From Candidatus Gastranaerophilales bacterium (lineage in GTDB: Bacteria > Cyanobacteriota > Vampirovibrionia > Gastranaerophilales > Gastranaerophilaceae): a stretch of DNA of 63,194 nucleotides. The DNA lies in the NCBI GenBank assembly GCA_944323275.1, contig CALUSA010000001.1:1-63194 (forward strand). Direction: 5' to 3'. Positions 1 to 8,508 of this stretch are shown piece after piece. The notes below the pieces were generated by a model, which saw only the letters and a program-made list of their open reading frames with translations, was not told the origin of the DNA and searched no databases. A program made the position numbers and the translations under genes. Within the stretch, counting starts at the first letter, position 1, and each line of letters starts with the position of its first letter.

Positions 1-125
1 GGCATATTTACTCGGCAGAGTGTGTACCACTCCTAGCCTGAGATGTTGGCGAGTTTACGAGCCATACATATCAGGATGCCCTCGGGTACAAGCGAGGTCC
101 CACTCAGACATAGTTCTTTAAAAAT
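1..125. other. GC-enriched non-coding segment; possible truncated structured RNA, identity unresolved
   Basis: No plausible ORF in any frame. Composition is visibly more GC-rich than the flanks. Two clean hairpins: CCTGAGATG(37-45)/CATATCAGG(67-75) with inner TGGC/GCCA, and CCTCG(80-84)/CGAGG(93-97) with an 8-nt loop. Runs off the window edge. Confidence 0.25.
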
Positions 126-185
126 TAACCCGGAATTTTGCTCAAAAAATAGACAATATAAAAAGTTTTAAACTATAATTGTTTT

Positions 186-1247
186 ATGGTAAACGAATGC
201 AATAAAATTAAAGTTGCCGTTGCACTCTCCGGCGGACTTGACAGCAGTGTCGCCTGTTATTTGTTAAAAAAGCAGGGTTATGAGATTTGTGCAATAACAG
301 CAATAATGGTGAAGGACGAAAAATTCAACACTGTTGTGCAAAACGCCAAAAATATTGCAAACAAACTGGAAATACCGCATTACGTGCTGGATTTGAGTGC
401 AGAGTTTAAAAAAGATGTAATAGATTATTTTGAAACTTCTTATAAGCAAGGAAAAACGCCAAACCCTTGTATTTTATGCAACCGGACAATAAAATGGGGC
501 AGGTTGTTTGACTATGCCATAAAGGAACTGGGCTGTGATTATGTAGCCTCTGGTCACTATGCACGGATTATTGATGACAGCGGTATAAAAAAAATGTACC
601 CTGCACGAGATGAACAAAAAGACCAGCAGTATTATTTATTTGAACTCGACCAGATGCATTTGAATAAAATCCTGTTTCCGCTAAGTGATTACACAAAAGA
701 TGAAATAAGACAAATAGCCTCAGACAATGACCTTCCGTCAAAATCCTCAAAAGAAAGTCAAGACATCTGTTTTATTTCAAAACCAATGACAACAAAAAAA
801 TATCTGCTCGAAAAATTCGGAACCAGCAAAGGTGATTTTTTGTATATAAAAGACGGGCGTAAACTCGGTGTGCATGAAGGTTTCTGGCAATACACAATCG
901 GGCAGAGGAAAGGTATAGGCATTGCTTTTGAACAGCCGTTGTATGTTGTAAAACTTGATGCCTCAAAGAATATTGTCTATGTCGGCACGAAAGACGATTT
1001 ATACAGCAATTCCGTAGAAATTAATGAAGTAAAACTGCAATATCCGCTGCAAAAAAAAGAATTTGACGCACTGGTAAAAATCCGCTACAACATGCAGGCA
1101 CAAAAGGCTCACGTTGTCATTGACAGTGAACATAAAACAGCAAAAATCGATTTTGAAAATCCTGTTGCATCAGTAACTGCGGGACAGGCTGTTGTATTTT
1201 ATGACTTAAATGACAGGCATTTAATCGGCGGAGGCTGGATTGACTGA
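186..1247 (+). CDS. mnmA: tRNA 2-thiouridine(34) synthase MnmA
   Basis: PP-loop VALSGGLDSSV near the N-terminus. Conserved NPCILCN and ASGHYAR blocks. Typical ~350 aa length. Confidence 0.9.
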   Translation: MVNECNKIKVAVALSGGLDSSVACYLLKKQGYEICAITAIMVKDEKFNTVVQNAKNIANKLEIPHYVLDLSAEFKKDVIDYFETSYKQGKTPNPCILCNRTIKWGRLFDYAIKELGCDYVASGHYARIIDDSGIKKMYPARDEQKDQQYYLFELDQMHLNKILFPLSDYTKDEIRQIASDNDLPSKSSKESQDICFISKPMTTKKYLLEKFGTSKGDFLYIKDGRKLGVHEGFWQYTIGQRKGIGIAFEQPLYVVKLDASKNIVYVGTKDDLYSNSVEINEVKLQYPLQKKEFDALVKIRYNMQAQKAHVVIDSEHKTAKIDFENPVASVTAGQAVVFYDLNDRHLIGGGWID

Positions 1248-2277
1248 ACTTATTGACATAATAAAAAAAGTACAACTAACTCATTCTCTAAACAAACAGG
1301 AACTTGTAAGCATTTTAAAAGACGATTCGTCTGATGCGACTTTGTTTGCTGCTGCAAATGAAGTCCGTAAAAAATATGTCGGCGATGAAGTTCATCTTCG
1401 TGGATTAATAGAATTTTCAAATATTTGTAAATGCAACTGTTTTTATTGCGGTTTAAGAAAAGACAATGCGTCCGTTCAAAGATATAGAATGTCGGTTGAT
1501 GAAATTATTTCACTTGCAGGAAAAGCGAAAGATTACGGCTATAAAACAGTTGTGCTGCAATCCGGCGAAGATGCATTTTTTGATAAAGAAAAAATGTGCA
1601 AAGTAATTTCTTCAATAAAAGCTCTAAATCTTGCGCTGACATTAAGCATAGGGGAAAAATCTTATGAAGAATATAAAGCATACAAAGACGCAGGGGCTGA
1701 CAGATACCTTTTGAGAATCGAAACCACCGACAAAAAACTTTACCAAAAGCTCCATCCGTCCATGAGTTTTGAAAACAGAATCAATTGCCTGCAAAATCTA
1801 AAATCTCTTGGCTACGAAGTCGGCACCGGATGTCTTGTCGGGCTGCCGGAGCAAAGCGACGAATCACTTGCTGACGACATATTATTCTTTAAAAAGCTTG
1901 GAGCTGATATGATAGGTCTAGGTCCGTTTATCCCCTGTCCTGATACACCGTTGCAGAATACTCAAGGCGGTACTTTTACAAAAGCATTAAAAGTTATGGC
2001 ATTAACAAGGCTGATTTTGCCTGATATAAATATTCCGGCAACAACGGCAATGGAAACCTTGCAGCAAAACGGCAGAATACTTGCACTGCAAAGCGGTGCT
2101 AATGTTGTTATGCCTGATGTTACGGATGAAGACTGCAAGCAGAAATATACAATATATCCGGGTAAAGCAGGGCTGAACAACACAGCACAGGATTATAAAA
2201 ACTCTATTGTTAAAAGCATCGAAGCAATAGGACGCACAATATCACAGGGCTACGGATTCCATAACAAAAACAGTTAA
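1240..2277 (+). CDS. hydE: [FeFe]-hydrogenase maturase HydE (radical SAM)
   Basis: CKCNCFYCGLRKDN radical-SAM CxxxCxxC. Blocks RKKYVGDEVHLRGLIEFSN, VLQSGED, GADRYLLRIET, FENRINCL and IPATTAM match HydE as I recall it from Thermotoga. TTG start overlaps the mnmA stop by 8 nt. Confidence 0.85.
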   Translation: MTELIDIIKKVQLTHSLNKQELVSILKDDSSDATLFAAANEVRKKYVGDEVHLRGLIEFSNICKCNCFYCGLRKDNASVQRYRMSVDEIISLAGKAKDYGYKTVVLQSGEDAFFDKEKMCKVISSIKALNLALTLSIGEKSYEEYKAYKDAGADRYLLRIETTDKKLYQKLHPSMSFENRINCLQNLKSLGYEVGTGCLVGLPEQSDESLADDILFFKKLGADMIGLGPFIPCPDTPLQNTQGGTFTKALKVMALTRLILPDINIPATTAMETLQQNGRILALQSGANVVMPDVTDEDCKQKYTIYPGKAGLNNTAQDYKNSIVKSIEAIGRTISQGYGFHNKNS

Positions 2278-2439
2278 TGCTTAACTGACGTATGAAAGCA
2301 CGGTTGTGAAAAGCAGTCTGACATTGTGTTACCTTTTTTGAAACATTAAACACTGTTTTTTCAGCCGTTCAGACCAATATATCGCCATTGGATAACGTTT
2401 TATTACCTTCAAGGCTGCTGCAGGATGTTTACAGGATGT

Positions 2440-3222
2440 TTACAGTATTTTTACCGCTACCTGTTCGTTTGTATAAACATAACCAATATACTCGTATTTT
2501 AAATTTTTATCTTTGACAAATTCCTGAAATGCTTTGAACTCGTGTTCTTTCCAGCCGGGATAATTAAAATATTCATCAAACACAATGATTGTGCCTGCAA
2601 CTATTTTATCCCCCAGAATGTCAAATACCGTTTTTGTAGAAGAATACAAATCACAATCAATGTGTATAAACGCACAATTGTCATTTTTATCTTTAATAAA
2701 ATCAGGCAAAGACTCATCAAACCAGCCTTTAACAAGACACACATTCGATTTTACTTCAGGCAGATTTTCCTTTTTAAAACAACCTTGAACAAAACCACTG
2801 CGCCAATCCTCAGGCAGACCTTCAAAACTGTCGAATCCATAAACGATATTTTTTGTTTGTGAGGCTATATGGTTAACAGTTTCTCCCGAAAACACGCCGA
2901 ACTCCATATACAAACCGTCAACACTCACTTTAGAAAGTGCATAAGACAACAGCTTAAATTTATCTTCAAAGAACGGAGCCTTTGGCATATTTTCCATAAC
3001 ATAGCGAGCAGTTTCTTTTCCTGCTATTTCAGACATATATTTGTTAATATTTGTATCCAATTTTTGCATAACGCAATCATAAAATTTATCTATTGCCAGT
3101 CTGTTTTCTTCAAGCTTGTTCAAAACAGTCAGCATTTTAGACTTTATCTTTAATTTCATCCCCAAAACAGTGACAACTTTATGACAATTTTCATTTTTGA
3201 CAGAAAAGATAGTTTTTAGCAT
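2440..3222 (-). CDS. TylF/MycF-family SAM-dependent (sugar) O-methyltransferase with N-terminal IFSVKN..LGMKLKIK tag
   Basis: MEFGVFSGETV (SAM-binding loop) and IHIDCDLYSSTKTVFD are typical of macrocin-O-methyltransferase-like enzymes. Last gene of the minus-strand glycan operon. Confidence 0.75.
   Translation of the reverse strand: MLKTIFSVKNENCHKVVTVLGMKLKIKSKMLTVLNKLEENRLAIDKFYDCVMQKLDTNINKYMSEIAGKETARYVMENMPKAPFFEDKFKLLSYALSKVSVDGLYMEFGVFSGETVNHIASQTKNIVYGFDSFEGLPEDWRSGFVQGCFKKENLPEVKSNVCLVKGWFDESLPDFIKDKNDNCAFIHIDCDLYSSTKTVFDILGDKIVAGTIIVFDEYFNYPGWKEHEFKAFQEFVKDKNLKYEYIGYVYTNEQVAVKIL
3161..3220 (-). repeat. DNA repeat encoding the IFSVKN..HKVVTVLG tag (methyltransferase N-terminus)
   Basis: By hand alignment, 48 of 60 nt are identical to 4428..4487, although the surrounding genes are unrelated. 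Confidence 0.7.
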
Positions 3223-3223
3223 T

Positions 3224-4384
3224 TTATACTATATCTCCTCTTTTTATTTTAATTTTTATACCTAAAATTGTTATAACTTTATATACAGAATGATTTTTTA
3301 TTGAAAAAATACGCTCAAACTTTTTGTAAGAAATAGGTTTACGCATTTCAAAGCGTTCTCTTTCTTGTTCTTTAATGAATTTAAAATATGTATTTTCAAT
3401 AAATCTAAGCCTGTTTTCATTTTCATATTCTTTATCAGGACAAACAGAAATAGGATATTGCAAATTCAAAAAATTTTCATATATTGTCCTTATTTGCGGC
3501 AGCAAATCTCTGTTTTCTTCACGCTGTATCCAAAACAGCAAATGAATAAACGGATTTGATAAATCGGAAATAATTTTTAAGTCATTATCACAACAATATT
3601 TAAATGTCATAAACTCATCATCGTTCATTGAGTTGTCAATAAGATGAGTCCAAAAATCCTTTTTAAAAAGCATACAGTTTATAGAATATCTTTGTTTGTT
3701 GTTGACTTCTTTATACGAAAGATTCTCGGTTAACAGTAAAAATTTTTCAGGGAAAAATGTTGTATTTTTATGCAGCCATCTTGATATATACGGATTTGCC
3801 CAGACCGTACCGGCACAGCCCGTATAAATTTCATTTGCAGGTATTATTTTATAAGGTTCTTTCTCCCATCCTTTAAACCCGACAGCATGTTTTCTTGCTA
3901 TTTTTTCAAAAAACTCATCCTGCAGATTAAAAATCTCTATTGTTTCTTTAAAGCCCCATGGATTGTTGTTGACCAGCGAAGTTACATAGCCGAGTTTATC
4001 CCCGTATTTTTCATAAGATTGTTCGTAGCAGTGAATAAGCTTATCCAACCAGTCTTTATGCAGAGGAAATACATCGTCATCAACTTTACAAATATAATCA
4101 TATTGTGCAAATTCCTCACTTTCAAGCAAAGTTTTTATTGAAATATAAGGATTTCCGGGTTCAATCCAATCAACAACTTTTATATTTTCAGGGAAAAGTT
4201 GTTCATATCTTTTGCCGAGTCTGTAAGTTCTTTCGCAATCATAAGTATCTCTGCCGTTTTGCAAAATATAAAATTGCATATCGTCGGTTATATATTTTGA
4301 ATAAGCGGCAAGTGCTATCTCCATAGCCTCAAAATCCGCATAAGCCAGCATTACAACAGCAATTTTTTTCTTATCAATGTTCAT
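3224..4384 (-). CDS. Glycosyltransferase, GT-A-like (family unassigned), C-terminal IFSIKN..LGIKIKIK tag
   Basis: The N-terminal beta-strand KIAVVMLAY and a DDD motif (ICKVDDDVFP) suggest a GT-A fold. AGGAG RBS upstream. Lies within the GT operon. Confidence 0.55.
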   Translation of the reverse strand: MNIDKKKIAVVMLAYADFEAMEIALAAYSKYITDDMQFYILQNGRDTYDCERTYRLGKRYEQLFPENIKVVDWIEPGNPYISIKTLLESEEFAQYDYICKVDDDVFPLHKDWLDKLIHCYEQSYEKYGDKLGYVTSLVNNNPWGFKETIEIFNLQDEFFEKIARKHAVGFKGWEKEPYKIIPANEIYTGCAGTVWANPYISRWLHKNTTFFPEKFLLLTENLSYKEVNNKQRYSINCMLFKKDFWTHLIDNSMNDDEFMTFKYCCDNDLKIISDLSNPFIHLLFWIQREENRDLLPQIRTIYENFLNLQYPISVCPDKEYENENRLRFIENTYFKFIKEQERERFEMRKPISYKKFERIFSIKNHSVYKVITILGIKIKIKRGDIV

Positions 4385-4402
4385 TAATTTATACTCCTCT
4401 AT

Positions 4403-5377
4403 CTATTTTTTAAAAGCAAATCTTAAACCTAAAACAGTCACTACTTTATGAAACCCTGAATTTTTGACGGAAAAGATAGTTTCCAGCGGTTTATAGTTGA
4501 TTTTATTATTCAAAATCAACTCTTTTATATCGCACAATTTTTCTTTCGGGGTTAACGATATCAATTCCTTATACTTTCCGATATTTTTTTGCAGATATTC
4601 AGGCAAAACATCGTATTTTATGGCTCTGAAATCTTTAGAATCATTTTGAGTATTTATATTTTGAATAAGAGCTTCTATATCACTTAAAATTACATCAGAA
4701 TTATTCATACACTCTTGATGCGCAAAACTCTGCAATTTGTAATAAATTCTTTTACTTCCGCCCATAAACGAAAAATGCCAGCCGCCGTCAGGGATTATAT
4801 CACATTTATTATACATTCTTATCTTTGTAGCGGTTGTACCGTGATTTGCCTCGGGTAAAACATACTCTGAATAAGGATAGTCAACATCATCAAAAACATT
4901 TTTAAAATTTTTATAGGTACAAATTTTGGGATGCATCCACCAGGGCTGATTTAAGTTTATAACATTTAACAGATAGCACATGTTATACTGCAAAAGTATT
5001 TTTATCGGAGTACCTTTATTTATATTTTTTATGCAGGATTTTATCGCCTGCGGCGAAGCAATTTCATCCAAGTCAGAAATTATAATTATATCATTGTCTT
5101 TGCATCCGGTCAGACCTTTTTTTATTTCATTTCTCTGCAGATTTTCATAAATCCACGGGTTAGTTTGGACTTCGCCGTTATATTGGATATAAATTATTTT
5201 GTCTAAAAATTTTGAGTATCTTGCTTTATTAGCAAGAAAATTAAGAGGCTTGTCCTGACCTGCATGAGTTTTTGTCGCTTCTACAATAACAAATTTGTCC
5301 ACAACATCATTTAATACATTCAAACGTAAATCTAATAACTCAAGCTCGTTAAAAAAAGTAAAACAATCGTATATCAT
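4403..5377 (-). CDS. Glycosyltransferase family 17-like (beta-1,4-GlcNAc-transferase-like), C-terminal IFSVKN..LGLRFAFKK tag
   Basis: The N-terminus MIYDCFTFFNELELLDLRLNVL is the hallmark start of bacterial GT17 members. AGGAG RBS. Confidence 0.7.
   Translation of the reverse strand: MIYDCFTFFNELELLDLRLNVLNDVVDKFVIVEATKTHAGQDKPLNFLANKARYSKFLDKIIYIQYNGEVQTNPWIYENLQRNEIKKGLTGCKDNDIIIISDLDEIASPQAIKSCIKNINKGTPIKILLQYNMCYLLNVINLNQPWWMHPKICTYKNFKNVFDDVDYPYSEYVLPEANHGTTATKIRMYNKCDIIPDGGWHFSFMGGSKRIYYKLQSFAHQECMNNSDVILSDIEALIQNINTQNDSKDFRAIKYDVLPEYLQKNIGKYKELISLTPKEKLCDIKELILNNKINYKPLETIFSVKNSGFHKVVTVLGLRFAFKK
4428..4487 (-). repeat. DNA repeat encoding the IFSVKN..HKVVTVLG tag (GT17 C-terminus)
   Basis: See 3161..3220. 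Confidence 0.7.
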
Positions 5378-5398
5378 AAAATCTCCTTTATTTTAAAA

Positions 5399-6460
5399 TC
5401 AGCAGCCGGTCTTTTGCGGAATTTTTATTTTAAATTTGAATCCCAAAATACAAATCAATTTATGTTTATATTCAGAATCGAGAACATAAACATTTTTTAA
5501 AGAGAAAATTCGTTCCATAAAAGACAATTCAGGCTCAAATAATCCTTCTATATTTCTGTTTTTTAAAGAATAAATAAAATTATTTTTTACACAAATTCCG
5601 GTAAAAAATTTATCAACATAGCCAAAAGCAGTTTCCAAAACAATTTGTGTATTATCTTTAGGAGAATACACATAAGCAAAAATAAAACTACTTTTAAAAA
5701 GTTTTATAAAAAGCTGTATATTAGACTCAAATTTATTATTTTCTTTTAAAAAATTGTATAAATTTTCTATTATATACAAATGCTCGAGGGCATAGTCGCA
5801 ATTTTCAAATGTAGTATGCATTACAGAGCCCGAATGTCTTCTGTATTTATAAAAATACTCCTTCAAAAAATAAATATTTTCAGAGGACAAAAAATACTTC
5901 CAGCAAAATTCCGCATCTTCATAATGCAACCCTTCCGGAAAATTTATCGAGTATTGTTCTATAATCGATTTTTTAAAAATTTTATTACAAACCGAACAAT
6001 CGGTTTTTCTGATTACAACATCATTCAACAAACAGTTGCCTTTGAATTTTAATTGATAATAATTATCGTCTGATTTTCTTGTTTTTGCACTGTAATCCCG
6101 CCCGAAGGTCGTTATGCCGAAACAAACAACATCTGCCTCATTAATATATTTCAATGCTTCTTCATAAGTATCTTTCTCAAGACAATCATCGGAATCAACA
6201 AAAGTTATATATTTTCCGTTTGCTTGTTTTATGCCTGTATTTCTCGCACTGGCTGTGCCTTTATTTATTTGATTACAGACAATAACCCTTGGGTCCTTCT
6301 GTTCATATTCTTTCAAAATTTCACAGGAGTTATCCGTTGAGCCGTCATTTACGCAAATAAGCTCAAAGTCAGCAAAGGTTTGAGTCAGTATAGAATCCAA
6401 ACAATCTTTTAAATATTCTGCAGCATTAAAAACAGGCACAATAATTGACAACAAAGGCAT
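5399..6460 (-). CDS. GT2-family glycosyltransferase, C-terminal IFSLKN..LGFKFKIK tag
   Basis: LSIIVPVFNAAEYLKDCLDSILTQTFADFELICVNDGSTDNS and DSDD motifs. The start shares 1 nt with the upstream stop. Confidence 0.9.
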   Translation of the reverse strand: MPLLSIIVPVFNAAEYLKDCLDSILTQTFADFELICVNDGSTDNSCEILKEYEQKDPRVIVCNQINKGTASARNTGIKQANGKYITFVDSDDCLEKDTYEEALKYINEADVVCFGITTFGRDYSAKTRKSDDNYYQLKFKGNCLLNDVVIRKTDCSVCNKIFKKSIIEQYSINFPEGLHYEDAEFCWKYFLSSENIYFLKEYFYKYRRHSGSVMHTTFENCDYALEHLYIIENLYNFLKENNKFESNIQLFIKLFKSSFIFAYVYSPKDNTQIVLETAFGYVDKFFTGICVKNNFIYSLKNRNIEGLFEPELSFMERIFSLKNVYVLDSEYKHKLICILGFKFKIKIPQKTGC

Positions 6461-7353
6461 TACTTCTTCTCCTTAACAGAATAAATAACCGGTAAAAAAA
6501 CATTCAATAAAATTTCGTAGCCCCACACAAGAAGAAATAAAGGTTTCAATTTAAAATCAAGTCGTTTGTAATTCCACAAATAACAGCCCTTTTTTATTTT
6601 AGGTATAAGTTTTCTTACCTCGGGATAAATCCGCTGCCGGAATGAAAAATCGACAATCTCAGCATACTCTTTATTTACAAAAAAGGCTTTTGAAGTTGAC
6701 TTAACGGAAGAATTTACATTATCAACCCGATAATGCAAAAGCGCATCTTCTATCATCATAAAACGTTCTGCCGAGGCATAAAGCTTGAACGCAAAAGAAG
6801 TATCCTGATAACTTGCCCCGGGAGTTTCCAAAAATCTGATATGATTTTTTTCTATCATTTCTTTTTTAAAAAGATTACACCATATAGCCGGAGCCTGCCA
6901 GAATGGTGCTTTTTCTTCCAAAGGACAATAAACTCTGTTTTTGGGTACCCAGAGGTTTTCTATTAACGTGTTTGTATTCTCCTGAGTTTTATATTCAAAA
7001 TACCTGCAGCGTACAAGATCAAGATTATTTTCTTTTGCCGTATTATACAAAATTTCAAACATATTTAATTCGACAAAATCATCAGACTCAACAATACCAA
7101 TGTAGTCGGAAGCTGCAGCTGCAAGTCCAACATTCATAGAGGCACCGTATCCGGAATTTTCTTTATTAACAATTTTTATTCTGGAATCTTGATTAGCATA
7201 TTCTTCAAGTATATTTAAGGAATTGTCTGTAGAGCCGTCATTTATACAAATTATTTCAATATCTTTTAAAGTCTGTTTAACAACACTGTCCATACATTGT
7301 CTTAAATATTTTTCAACGTTATAAACAGGTATAATTATTGATACTTTAGGCAT
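6460..7353 (-). CDS. GT2-family glycosyltransferase with hydrophobic C-terminus
   Basis: VSIIIPVYNVEKYLRQCMDSVVKQTLKDIEIICINDGSTDNS and ESDD motifs. The C-terminal hydrophobic stretch ends in IYSVKEKK. Confidence 0.9.
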   Translation of the reverse strand: MPKVSIIIPVYNVEKYLRQCMDSVVKQTLKDIEIICINDGSTDNSLNILEEYANQDSRIKIVNKENSGYGASMNVGLAAAASDYIGIVESDDFVELNMFEILYNTAKENNLDLVRCRYFEYKTQENTNTLIENLWVPKNRVYCPLEEKAPFWQAPAIWCNLFKKEMIEKNHIRFLETPGASYQDTSFAFKLYASAERFMMIEDALLHYRVDNVNSSVKSTSKAFFVNKEYAEIVDFSFRQRIYPEVRKLIPKIKKGCYLWNYKRLDFKLKPLFLLVWGYEILLNVFLPVIYSVKEKK

Positions 7354-7687
7354 TTGCTCTCCTTTTTACTAACAACTCCATCATTTCTATACTCAAATCG
7401 ATTTCCTCGGGGCGCATTGTCTGCAAAAGCAGCAAAAGTTTTGTTTCGTTTTTATTGGTGCTGATTTGTGCAAGTTTTTCTATTTCAGATGCGTCAAACT
7501 GCAGCACCTGCGCCAGTTTCAAATATGTGACGAATTTGGGCAGATAAGTTCCGTCCTCTAATTTTCCGATGTGGCGTGTACTCAAGCCGACTTTTTGCGC
7601 AAGCTGCTGCTGGGTCATATTCTTAGCTTTTCTTTGTCTTTTTATCAACAAAGAAAGTACAGCAGATATATTCTCCTCATTTATCAT
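7346..7687 (-). CDS. XRE-family helix-turn-helix transcriptional regulator (first gene of glycan operon)
   Basis: MTQQQLAQKVGLSTRHIGKLEDG is a classic Cro/C1 HTH. Its 3' end overlaps the GT2 start by 8 nt. Confidence 0.8.
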   Translation of the reverse strand: MINEENISAVLSLLIKRQRKAKNMTQQQLAQKVGLSTRHIGKLEDGTYLPKFVTYLKLAQVLQFDASEIEKLAQISTNKNETKLLLLLQTMRPEEIDLSIEMMELLVKRRANA

Positions 7688-8060
7688 TTTTCCTCGTTTG
7701 ATTTTTAAACTAATTGTTTAACGCCTAAATATACAAATATCAAAAAACACTACAAAATACATGTTTTTTGCTACCTATTTTTACAAAAAGTAATGTAATA
7801 CATTTAGTTAATCAAGAAAAAATACAGCAGACTAATACCTTATAAACTTTAAAAAAGAGTAAAATTAATGACAAATATAAACATACAAGCAAAAATTACA
7901 CTGTCATTCAATGTCTTACGCCTAATCACAGCAACAAAATTCAGCGTTTTATATGTTTTTCATTACCGGTAACAAACAAAAGTAATGGCAAACACTGTGT
8001 AAGTAAAAAATAATACAAATTAACATATAAACAGGTAGCAAAAATCATTCAGGTTTTTAA
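7688..8060. promoter_or_regulatory. Divergent promoter/operator region between two XRE-family genes
   Basis: 373-nt AT-rich spacer. Contains a perfect 12-nt inverted pair TTTTTGCTACCT (7765-7776) / AGGTAGCAAAAA (8033-8044), palindromes AATGTAaTACATT (7792-7804) and TTACCGGTAA (7963-7972), and a direct ACGCCTAA repeat (~7722 and ~7918). Confidence 0.35.
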
Positions 8061-8393
8061 ATGGACAAAAAAGATATAGGACGCAAGATAAAAGAATTCC
8101 GCAAAAGAAAAGGGTTAACACAGGAAGAACTTGCAGAAGCCGTCCGCATGCACGAAAAACAAATATCAAGAATTGAATCAGGAGTTCATTTTCCTACTTT
8201 TGACAATTTTGTAAAAATACTGGAGGTTTTAAACGTAACCCTGAAGGATTTTGATATACCAGAACAGCCTGACGAAGATTTAAGACAAAGAGCCTTGCAG
8301 ATAATTACGCAGGCTGACAACAACGAACTTATTTTTTATACTCCCGTGCTTGAAGCTTTACAAAATTCTATTAGCAATTTAGCAAAGCATTGA
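8061..8393 (+). CDS. XRE-family helix-turn-helix transcriptional regulator
   Basis: GLTQEELAEAVRMHEKQISRIESG HTH. Similar size and layout to the divergent 7346..7687 gene. Confidence 0.8.
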   Translation: MDKKDIGRKIKEFRKRKGLTQEELAEAVRMHEKQISRIESGVHFPTFDNFVKILEVLNVTLKDFDIPEQPDEDLRQRALQIITQADNNELIFYTPVLEALQNSISNLAKH

Positions 8394-8508
8394 TTTTTAC
8401 AGACGGTCTTACATTTTCTCAAAAATACAAATACAGAGCTTGTTGTTACATATATGAGTCGGTTCAAATTTCCACCTAAACTTTTATAAAAAGGCTTAGT
8501 GCAGGTAT

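Noticed and set aside
1-125. I tried to name the GC-rich edge segment as the RNase P RNA 3' end, tmRNA, 5S rRNA, SRP RNA, a T-box (minus strand has GGAGTGGTACAC, reminiscent of GGGTGGTACCGCG), a TPP riboswitch or a glmS ribozyme.
   Set aside because: None of the diagnostic motifs is actually present. There is no ACAGAA...GGCTTA, no GGTTCGA..CCA acceptor end and no complete T-box or TPP core. The resemblance is a few nucleotides only, so I left it as an unidentified candidate.
2421-2445. A tandem 11-nt duplication (CAGGATGTTTA x2, then CAG) spanning the stop codon of the methyltransferase gene.
   Set aside because: It is too short to assign meaning. No partner repeat or mobile gene suggests a target-site duplication, so it is probably a simple slippage footprint.
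2542-2862. Many 60-140-aa ORFs in the track lie antisense to, or out of frame within, long well-supported genes. Examples: 264-449, 2542-2862, 10449-10718, 13707-14015, 16142-16387, 19338-19724, 25174-25458, 31359-31607, 35888-36250, 46131-46517, 51094-51516, 56549-56935, 58628-59062 and 62562-62837.
   Set aside because: They are fully embedded in CDS with strong family motifs on the other strand or frame. They have low-complexity or Cys/Phe/Ile-rich translations typical of AT-rich shadow ORFs and lack RBSs.
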